DNA from: Tubulanus polymorphus
Taxonomy: Eukaryota; Animalia; Nemertea
Direction: 5' to 3'
Assembly (NCBI RefSeq): GCF_964204645.1
Contig: NC_134031.1
Location: 12,092,088 to 12,156,087 of the forward strand
DNA length: 64,000 bases
Shown: positions 53,343 through 62,245 of the stretch, in pieces
Position numbering within the stretch: position 1 is the stretch's first letter
Layout: every line of letters starts with the position of its first letter
The notes under the pieces: model-generated
Told to the model about the DNA's origin: nothing
Seen by the model: the letters and a program-made list of their open reading frames with translations, nothing else
Databases searched by the model: none
Position numbers and translations under genes: made by a program

Positions 53343-54588
53343 ATGAGTGGGAGTTATATCAATCCTTCTAAGAATCATAGAATATCTAATGCTATTGAAG
53401 CAGAAAGATCACATCATATAATTACTCATAACCCTTCTAATATTAATCCTGATGAAACTTTATATGTTAGAATTCCTCGATTAACACAAAATACTTTTTA
53501 TCTTCCAAATAGTATTTATTTATCAGCTGATATAAAATTAACCGGTAATAATAATAATTATGTTGTTGATAATGTTGGAAGATATTTGATTAAAAAATTA
53601 ACAATAAAGATTGGCCCAGAAACAGTTTTCTCATTAGATGATTATAATTTATTTATGCATTATAAAGATTTATGGTTAACTAAAGAAAACAGAAATAATA
53701 TGATATTTCAAGGAATCCAATCAGAAAACCAAAATAAATGAAGATCAGAAGCACATAATGCAATATCTACTAATGCTATAGATAAATTGATAAAAAGTAT
53801 GTACGGAAGCAAATATAAAATTCCATTAGACTTTGAATTGATAAATAATAATGCGCCTTTATATAAATACGCAATTCAAGAAGACGTTATATTCGAAATA
53901 ACATTTGCTCCTGTTAATGAAATTGTAATATCTAGCGTTAATAAAGATATGAGTTATAAATTATCGAATATATGTTTAGAATATGATACAGTAACTGATG
54001 AAAATATTTCAAGTATAATTCAAACTAAATACAATCAAGGATTTTCATTATTATATGATTATATTGATAAATTTAAAACTGTAACTATCAATGCAAATGA
54101 TGAAATAATTAATGAGAATATTAACTTCCCAAGAAGATCTATTAAAGGTATATTAATATTTTTTACCATTGCAACATATACTAATGGCGCAATCAATGTT
54201 GATAATTATTATAATCCTGAAATAACAAAAGTAGAAATAACTATCGAAGGAATAGCAAATAAAATATTTTGTCAAGGAATGAGAATGATTGATCAATGGC
54301 CAGAAATTAGAAAACATTTTATGAATGAAAAAGTAAAATCATCTGAAAATTGTAATATTAATCAAATTGATTATTATACCGGTAATAAATATGCATTATG
54401 GTTACATTTTAGAACAACAGAGGATAATTCATTACATGGTTCTGGGAAAAAATTACAAAATACAAAAGATGGAATACAATTATTCATGACAAAGAATAAA
54501 GGAATCAAAAATTTTAAAATGCACATTTATATTATATCTGACGCGCAATTAAATATTGTAAATTCTCAATTAAATAGTGTTATGTATA
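53343..54588 (+). pseudogene. Major capsid protein (predicted double jelly-roll)
   Basis: ~415 codons, beta-rich (NPSNINPDETLYVRIP, YKIPLDFEL, YKLSNICLEYDTV, RSIKGILIFF); in-frame TGA at 53739 (TTA in copy A); native stop near 54588 lost through a 1-bp deletion relative to copy A; fold inferred. Confidence 0.75.
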
Positions 54589-54622
54589 AGAATTTTAACT
54601 TTAATAAAAATTTATATGATAA

Positions 54623-55444
54623 ATGGAAGGAGGTAAAGTATATACACATATTCCATACATCGATACACATGAAAATAATGATGGTTTATATTATGTATTA
54701 CCTTGTAATATCGCTTTGATATTTGATCCTATTTTCAAAATTTATAAAACTAAACTAATAGAAATCGATAATAATAAAAGTGGTGTCGTTGATAATTTAA
54801 GTAATGTAATTGATAATAATGTAATACCTTCTACATCTAATAATGTAATACCTTCTACATCTAATAATGTAATACCTTCTACATCAAATAATGAAATGAT
54901 ATTAAATATTAGTGAAAAAAGAAATTATTGTGATTATTGTAAAGGTGAATTTTCAAACGCTCCATCAAATTGGAATAAACATATGAATACAAGGGTACAT
55001 ATTACTAATGTTATAGAACGTGTTGGTTTAAGAGAATTTATAGAACACCCATTTAGATATGTTACAAAGTTTGTTTCAAATAAAAAAGTAAATGGTAAAG
55101 AATTATATGAAGATTTATTATTAGCAACACCTAACAAAGATGAATTAGATTTAACCGATGCTAATAAAATATTAGGATCAAACATTGTAAATGAAATATT
55201 AGGAGCAAACACTAATAAAGATAATAATGAAAATATAGTTACAGATATTGATAATAAAGATTCTATGAAACATAAAGTAGAAAATAATGATAAATTTGAT
55301 TGGATGAATAAGCATAACAATGAAACAACTATTGATGATGCGGTAAAAAGGGTGAAGAATAAGTATAAAAATAATGAAGAATTAGAAGATTCGATAGAGC
55401 ATTTGAATAAATTGTTAGGGGGGTCTGATAGTGAAAGTGATTAA
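54623..55444 (+). CDS. Hypothetical protein with a C2H2 zinc finger and three NNVIPSTS repeats
   Basis: Intact 273-aa ORF; CDYC..WNKHMNTRVH; 24-bp tandem repeat at ~54815-54890. Confidence 0.75.
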   Translation: MEGGKVYTHIPYIDTHENNDGLYYVLPCNIALIFDPIFKIYKTKLIEIDNNKSGVVDNLSNVIDNNVIPSTSNNVIPSTSNNVIPSTSNNEMILNISEKRNYCDYCKGEFSNAPSNWNKHMNTRVHITNVIERVGLREFIEHPFRYVTKFVSNKKVNGKELYEDLLLATPNKDELDLTDANKILGSNIVNEILGANTNKDNNENIVTDIDNKDSMKHKVENNDKFDWMNKHNNETTIDDAVKRVKNKYKNNEELEDSIEHLNKLLGGSDSESD

Positions 55445-55826
55445 GATATTAATTATATTTAACTCAAAAAGTAATAAAGGTTGAAAATTGTAAAAATAAT
55501 ATTTATTTAAAAAAAGGGGGTTTTAAGTATTTAAGGTATTTAAGGTATCTAATACATATCTAATACAATCTAATACAATCTAATACATAAAATATCTTAT
55601 TTTATAAACTGATATTCACATGGAAATCGAAACCTCAGTAACAATAAATAACCTTTATTATTTTCAAACTTATTCATATATTCGTTGAAAAAATAAAAAT
55701 AAATTGGTTGAAAATTGTATAAATAATATTTATTTTAAAAAGGGGGTTTTAAGTATTTAAGGTATCTAATAGGGTCAGGTATTAGGGTATCTAATAGGGT
55801 ATCTAATACATAGGTATACAAATAGT

Positions 55827-56436
55827 TATTTTATAAATTTATATTCATAGGGAAATTGTAGTCTCAGTGATAATTTGAACCTTTATTATTCTTTAATTTA
55901 TTCATATATTCATCATGTAATTTAGTAGGCATAATTTGATTTTCTTCCAATGATTGTTGCATAGATTTTCTATCTTTATTGTAGAATAAAACTAGAAATC
56001 TTATATTCTCCCTAAGGTCTTTAACAATTGAATTATATTTTTGATTTAAAACCCATGTTGTTATCCCAAAATGTCTCCCAGAGAAAGCTAAGTAACATAA
56101 CTCACTTTCTCTCACTTTTCAATCATGTAAATTTGCGCAATCATCTACAATGAATAATGTATTTGATTCTTTATAGATATCAATTGCTATTTTAATACAA
56201 TTATCTAAATTTTCTTTTACTGTTTTAGGATCTAATATAATAAACTTTTTTATCTTAACTATATCTCTATTATATGTTTTATTCATTTCATAAGTAGGAC
56301 AGAATAATATAATATTATCAAAATGATTCTTATAAATAGTTTCTAACAAATCTAATATGAAATGTGTTTTACCACAGTTGGTTACACCAGTAACTAACAT
56401 ATTATGCGGTTCAAATATAAATAAATCTTTATTCAT
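55827..56436 (-). pseudogene. A32/FtsK-HerA-type genome packaging ATPase
   Basis: Walker A GVTNCGKT, Walker B FIVDD, GRHFGIT..NQKY..LRENI; in-frame TGA at 56119 and a frameshift near the 3' end. Confidence 0.9.
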
Positions 56437-57520
56437 TTATTCTTTTAATTTTACTAGATAAAATCCATTCTTTAAATTTATCATCATATCCTTTATATTT
56501 CACCAAAGAATACTTTTTTCCTTTAAGAGTTTTTGATTTCAATACTTTTTCTATTTTGTATTCTATTTCATCTGGATTTGGTACAAGTGATAATTCTTGT
56601 TCATAGAAATAACCTAATATTTCTTCATCTTTTAAATCTTCTAATTTATAAACAAATGGTTTAGTTAATATTATCTTTTTAATCTTGAATATTTCTTCTG
56701 TAAAATTTGGGGTATAACCTTTATAAAAGGTTTTTCTATATTTAGATATTCTTACGTGTTGTCCAATTTTAAATTTAGGTTCACCGAAATCATGTGTAAC
56801 AAATGCTCCATATAAATTATTCCATACTATTTCTGAATTATCTTCTTTTCTAGCTTGTATAGGTTTCATATTTATAGAACTATGTTTAGAATTGTTATAA
56901 CCTTTCACTAAATCATCTAACACATCGATATATTTATATGTTTCATTAGCAGTAAAATATTTCCACATTCTAGTTTTCAATGTTTTATTAAATCTTTCTA
57001 TAATAGATGCTTTTTTATCTGAATGTGTTGAAAAATAATCTACATCGTTATCAGATAATAGTTTTTTGAAATGTTTGTTATAAAATTCCTTACCTTCATC
57101 AAATTGTATCTTATCTGGAATAGCTTCTTAAAATATTGATTTAAAAACATTTGTCACTTCTATTCCAGTTTTATTTTTGATTGGAATTGACCATGCGTAT
57201 CTACTGAATATGTCTATAACATTTAATATCCAGAAATATCCTTTGTTGTATTCCTCTAAGTTCTTCATGTCAATTAAATCTGCTTGCCATTGTTGATCGC
57301 TATATGAAACCATAACTTTTCTTGTTAAATAAGTTTTATCCATTTTCTTATGGATTTGGTATGTTGGTTGATTTTGTAACCATAATCTTAGTTCACTATA
57401 TTTTGTATTACCATTTTCATTATCAGATTTAATTTTATTCCATAATTCTGAAACGTTAGGATATGATACTTCACTTTCTGGGTTGTAATATAAATCTCTT
57501 AAATATTGTTCTTTTTTCAT
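56429..57520 (-). pseudogene. int: Retroviral-type (RVE) integrase with C-terminal chromodomain
   Basis: WQADL, IDIFSRYAW, IQFDEGKEF, IIERFNKTLK (D-D-E triad); chromodomain YKIEKVL..LVKYKGY..EWI; one in-frame TAA at 57128. Confidence 0.92.
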
Positions 57521-57526
57521 CTTATT

Positions 57527-57895
57527 TTAATCCATTAAAAATAATTTAGATTTAGTTTCAATGACTTTATGATTTGACTTATTTTCTGGTATAATAGGTT
57601 TATTATCATTGGAATCATCTTTATCATCAGATTTATACTTATATTTATATATTACACCGGATAATATAATAATTGTGATTAACCCAATTGTAATATATAA
57701 GTAATTATTTCTTCCACTATTAGAAGAATCAGATGGATTATTATTTGAATTAATATCAGATAAAGTCTGTGATTCATTTATATCAGTTAATTTCTTTTTC
57801 TTAGCTTTTTTTAATTCTGAAGATCTTTTACCTAATTCTCTTGACCATTTAATTTGTTTCTCGGATCTAGGCTTTTTCTTAACGCCATCACTCAT
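57527..57895 (-). CDS. Small basic protein with one TM segment
   Basis: Intact ORF; Lys/Arg-rich N-terminus; YLYITIGLITIIILSGVIY. Confidence 0.7.
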   Translation of the reverse strand: MSDGVKKKPRSEKQIKWSRELGKRSSELKKAKKKKLTDINESQTLSDINSNNNPSDSSNSGRNNYLYITIGLITIIILSGVIYKYKYKSDDKDDSNDNKPIIPENKSNHKVIETKSKLFLMD

Positions 57896-58496
57896 TTATT
57901 TTAGTTAATTTTTGTTCTGATTCATTTTCTGTTTCGACGTTTGGTTGTAGTACATCAGTTTCGTTCTTACCTGATTTATATTCCATAGGCTTGATGTTCG
58001 AAAATGTTATGACACCAGTAGAAATTAATGTCATAACAGATCCTAATTGAAATGAAGCATAACCAACCCATTTTTGTAATTCAGTCATAACTAAGTAGTC
58101 ATTTTTTAAATCACTATATAATTTATTTTCATCATCAATTGGTATTAACTGGTTACATAACTTAGAATAACATTTGACAATACCATCTGAAATAGAATCA
58201 TTTATTCTAGCTAATCTTGACTCTTCATAAATCTTAAAATGTTTTATTGCTTTATCTGGTTTCATAGCATCTAATTCTTGAAAAGTAATGATCTTAGTTA
58301 AAAACTCTTTACATTTACCACTCGCAATTAGTAATTCAAAATGGTGTTTACAATATAAGTAGTATTCATAATCTATATTACAATTAACTTGAATATTATT
58401 TTCAATTTTGGTTGGAATATCCTTATTATCACTTTGACCCAAATCATCTAATGTTTTTTCAATACCAATACTATTCTTACTCGATTTCTTTGACAT
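57888..58496 (-). CDS. Hypothetical 202-aa protein with a hydrophobic C-terminal segment
   Basis: Intact ORF with T6-N7-TAAATG start context. Confidence 0.7.
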   Translation of the reverse strand: MSKKSSKNSIGIEKTLDDLGQSDNKDIPTKIENNIQVNCNIDYEYYLYCKHHFELLIASGKCKEFLTKIITFQELDAMKPDKAIKHFKIYEESRLARINDSISDGIVKCYSKLCNQLIPIDDENKLYSDLKNDYLVMTELQKWVGYASFQLGSVMTLISTGVITFSNIKPMEYKSGKNETDVLQPNVETENESEQKLTKINE

Positions 58497-58796
58497 TTAT
58501 ATTAGAGAAAAAAGCGAAAAAAAAGTATTATAAAATGATACCAGCATCTCTTTGGGTTAATACTAGTTAGTTAAAGGTAAAGAATTTTAGTATTAGTTAT
58601 TGTTTTTTTAGTATTTTTTATTTGCGATATAAAGTATTCTCTTTTGAAAAGAATTGTAAAAGAAAGTATTAAAAATTAAAATAGAAATAATGGCTAGTTG
58701 AAGGGATGTAATTTTTAATATATTTTATTTGAATTCTATTTGATATCTCACTACTTTTGTTTATCTATTAGGAGCAGTAATTATAACTGTCCAGAT

Positions 58797-59010
58797 AAGT
58801 CATTTCGGATCCTTGATATCAAATTCCTCAACGTATTGTTCATTATTTGGATCATTGTTCCATTGATCAATAAATTTCTTTGCCTTTGTTAACTGTTCTA
58901 TATATAACTGTTAATCTAGTTTATTAGATTTTATTTTATTTTCTTTCTTTTCAAGAGGTCCTAAATTTTTCCAATTCCAAATAAGTTTTTTATTGTATTC
59001 ATCATTCCTT
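58797..59010 (-). pseudogene. 3' remnant of a second HNH/EndoVII-like gene
   Basis: Translates DEYNKKLIWNWKNLGPLEKKENKIKSNKLD*QLYIEQLTKAK, paralogous to 60703-61026. Confidence 0.7.
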
Positions 59011-59223
59011 TCAATTTATAAATCAAATTTTTATTAAAATTGATTAACATTTTAGAATCCTCTTCCATTTCTTCGACTAACGTCATCCTTTTTCAATCCT
59101 CGCTGCTTTTGATAAGTCATTTCGGATCCTCGATAATAAATCCTCAACTGAAAATCAATTCAACGAAACGACTGGTGGAAATATTATTTCATAAACATAT
59201 ATATTTATTATTAAAATTTTAGC

Positions 59224-59540
59224 GATCGATAATAGAACAATGGAGAACAATAGAAAAGCGGTCCAATCGGACCGGTTATTGCGCAATACTTAGTTAACAG
59301 TAATCAATCAATACAGAACAACCGCCGCCATTAACAACGATCAATAATAGAACAATGGAGAACAATAGAAAAGCGGTCCAATCGGACCGGTTATTGCGCA
59401 ATACTTAGTTAACAGTAATCAATCAATACAGAACAACCGCCGCCATTAACAACGATCAATAATAGAACAATGGAGAACAATAGAAAAGCGGTCCAATCGG
59501 ACCGGTTATTGCGCAATACTTAGTTAACAGTAATCAATAC
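59224..59540. repeat. 115-bp tandem repeat, ~2.8 copies, palindrome-rich
   Basis: aatagaacaatggagaac at 59231, 59346 and 59461; each unit has cggtcc-aatc-ggaccg and tattgcgcaata. Confidence 0.95.
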
Positions 59541-59607
59541 AATATTAAAACAGATATATACAATCGAGATTACATTTTTTGATATCTAAGACCTTCAGTG
59601 TTATAAT

Positions 59608-60336
59608 TTATAATTTTGTCCAGAATTCTTTAATTACTGGATTGTTTCCAATCATTTCTTCAATTTCTGGTAAATATCTGACTACTTCACTAAATGCTAA
59701 TCCTAATATTTTGAATTTTTCATATTTTATTAATCTACCTACTCTTCTCAGTTTTCTTTCAAAACCGGCACTGATATCTATGTTCTTTTTAACCCACAGC
59801 CCCCAAGAAATCCCCTCAGTTTCTTTATCAAACATTGAAAACCCTATATTTAGATAACCCCCGAAAATGATGTGGTCCCATAGGTGATTTGCTTTTCTAT
59901 TTAATATGGTTTTATAACTTTTTTTAAAGATATCAGTAATTTCAGCAAATGAAATAACTTCTACACTTTGTATTTCCGAAAAGTTTAAATGATCTGTGTC
60001 AATGATTAATTTAGATTTTAAAAACTCGTTCAACTCTTCTCCACTCATTTTCTTAGTTTTCGATTCTTTGAGTCCCAACAGCAATTTAAGTCGCGTTGCT
60101 GGTCATTTTGGTAATTGTAGTTCGCGCGGTAATTGTTTATTATGTATTACATCACTCAGAATTTTCACCATTTCTTGATGATAGTCCAAATGTTCTTGCA
60201 ATTTTTGTGAAGTTTGTTCGTCAATTACGAGAGTTTCATCCTCCATTTCTATTGATTCCTGAGTTTCACTATCCAGCAGCAATCGTTCCTCACCCGTTGG
60301 TTGGCTTAGAATTTCTGGTTGATCTCTGTATTCCAT
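59608..60336 (-). pseudogene. Hypothetical gene (ORFs 60103-60336 and 59608-60084) preceded by a leader intron
   Basis: Adjacent same-strand ORFs; diverged homolog in copy C (VVKYLPAIE vs VVRYLPEIE). Confidence 0.6.
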
Positions 60337-60702
60337 TTTAATCTAAAAGATGTCGTGGAAATGAATTACTGTACTTAAATATGTTTAAAGGTTTCCCTAC
60401 TTCATAATAACTACAAAAAACGGTACTTACATTTAGATTTAGAACTGTAAACTGTGTTTTGAGAGAGAATATCCAATACGTACTATGTATGTGAAAGTTG
60501 ATTTCTAACTGCCGACGTGGCGCACGTTCGACCAAACTAATTATTTCTGCATGTTTGCCTGGATTGTAACAGATGTTCTTTATGATGAAGTTAATTAATT
60601 CTTTAGAATTGAAAACAAGATATATTTGGCAACATATGTTTTCGTAGTAAGCAAAAGCTATGTATTATAGACATACAAAGCTCAAATAGAATTGCCAGCT
60701 TT

Positions 60703-61372
60703 CTAACCACTGATTAAAACCTCAGAATGCGGTTGATTCTGTGAAATACTATTCCATAATTCAACAAATGTCTTTGCTTCATCCAGTTGATCTAAATATA
60801 ATTTCATATCTAGTTTGTTAGATTTAATTATATTTTCTTTCTTTTCTAAAGGCCTTAAATTTCTCCAGTTCCAGATTAGCTTCTTATTATAATCATCACT
60901 CATGTCAAATTTAGAAATCGGCAACACGTGATCAATATGAAAGTATTCACCATAATTATCTATATTCATTTTATCATCGAATTGATATATTATCCATGAT
61001 TTTAAGAATTCATCTGAACAACCCAATAAATTAGATAAGTGTTTCTGAATGTATTTCTTTGTTGAATAATTGTGTTAATCTAGTCCTTAAGCATTGTTTC
61101 AATCTAAAATTAAGATCTGTTTTATATCTTTCTCTCATATATTCTGCCATATAATAATTATAATGTTCTATATTATCTTCTCGATATTGTTTGGTATATA
61201 GTTGAAAACAAGTTTTACAGCAATATTGAAAACCATCTTTGCTAATCTTACGCTTATTAAATTCTGTTATAGCTAATTTATCTACTTCACATTTAGAACA
61301 CTTCTTGTAGTATATGTTTATAACACCAGTGTTATTTTTAATATTGATAGTTTGTGGTTGTTCTGATTCCAT
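60703..61372 (-). pseudogene. Zinc-ribbon + HNH/EndoVII-like endonuclease of a type common in large DNA viruses; one frameshift near 61030
   Basis: KKCSKC..DGFQYCCKTC; HIDHVLP..WNWRNLRPL..EN..KSNK. Confidence 0.8.
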
Positions 61373-61402
61373 TTATTATACATATTTTTTTACTAAATTA
61401 AA

Positions 61403-61749
61403 TTTAGAAGTTCAATGATTTAAATATGAATTATTTCAATCACACTTTACTAACACTTTTAATGTTTAAAAATCTAACTCATACAAATATGAATATTGAA
61501 ATAATGTTTAAAATATATCTATATATCTATTCTATAAGAGCTCACACTTTTATTTTGAATAATCTGTCAATTTAAATGTTATTCATGTATATGAATATTT
61601 TAAGAGTAATAGGCTTTCATATCAAAGGTCGAGAGGTCGAGAAAGTAAAAAAATAAAAAATAAATTCTCGCACACTCGAATTTATTTTTTATTTTTTTAC
61701 TTTCTCGACCTCTCGACCTTCGGTATGAAAGCCTATTACCCCTATTACT
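61403..61749 (-). repeat. Right TIR with terminal hairpin (62-bp arms 61606-61667 / 61678-61739, 10-nt loop)
   Basis: Direct base-pairing check: 2 mismatches in the stem. Confidence 0.92.
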
Positions 61750-61755
61750 AGTACA

Positions 61756-62245
61756 ATTTGATGATGGAAAAGAATTTGATAATTCATTTGTTCATGGGCT
61801 ATTAGATTATCATCATATTAAATATTTTTCAACAAAATCGGATAAAAAAGCAGCAGTTGTTGAACGATTTAATAGAACATTAAGAACAAGAATGTCAAAA
61901 TATTCAAAAAATTCACAGCAAATAATACGTATAAATGGATTGATATTTTACCAAAATTGATAGAAGTTTATAATGATTATTATCCTTCTTCTATTGGAAT
62001 GAAACCTATTGATGCTAGAAATCCCGAAAATGCTTAAATTGTTTGGAATAATTTATATGGGGCATTTCTTGTAGATGATTTTGGTGAACCTAAATTTAAA
62101 GTTTGTCAAAATGTTAGAATTTCTAAGTATAAAAACTAAATTACTTAATTTAACTTATTAATTTTACTAGAGAAATATATAAGATAAAAAAAGTAATAAC
62201 AACAAAACCATATGTCTATAAATTAGAATATTTGAAAGGCTGAAT
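61756..62245 (+). pseudogene. int: RVE integrase of copy A, 3' half
   Basis: Resumes FDDGKEFDN..KKAAVVERFNRTLRTRM..GEPKFKV, in frame with KPEKIQ once copy B and one TSD copy are removed. Confidence 0.85.

Larger units (their letters stand above)
43702..61749 (+). mobile_element. Complete-length Polinton/Maverick-like endogenous virus (copy B), 18,048 bp
   Basis: Ends AGTAAT...ATTACT; TIRs; 6-bp TSD aataca (43696-43701) / agtaca (61750-61755); encodes pPolB, integrase, ATPase, major and minor capsid proteins. Confidence 0.95.
29847..62245 (+). mobile_element. Older, degraded Polinton-like element (copy A), interrupted by LINEs, HINEs, fragment C and the young copy B
   Basis: Remnants homologous to copy B genes in the same order: pPolB 29850-31840, membrane ORFs 31850-33110, QLNF gene 33132-33682, coiled-coil gene 40735-40996 and 42270-42385, MCP 42386-43238; integrase 43270-43701 + 61756-62245. 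Confidence 0.8.

Noticed and set aside
54589-54719. C-terminal extension of MCP in the ORF track
   Set aside because: Copy A has TAA at the equivalent site; the extension comes from a 1-bp deletion and overlaps the next gene.
52532-55320. Antisense ORFs 52532-52792, 52838-53281 and 54934-55320
   Set aside because: Shadows of Lys/Glu/Asn-rich plus-strand genes; no TAAATG start and no domain.
53739-57130. Alternative genetic code or programmed readthrough, suggested by single in-frame stops in MCP (TGA), ATPase (TGA) and integrase (TAA)
   Set aside because: The MCP TGA aligns to TTA (Leu) in copy A, the stop types differ, and frameshifts are also common; ordinary decay explains it.
60338-60535. 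65-aa ORF upstream of 60336
   Set aside because: Non-ATG start, not conserved as an ORF in copy C, and it spans the predicted leader intron.
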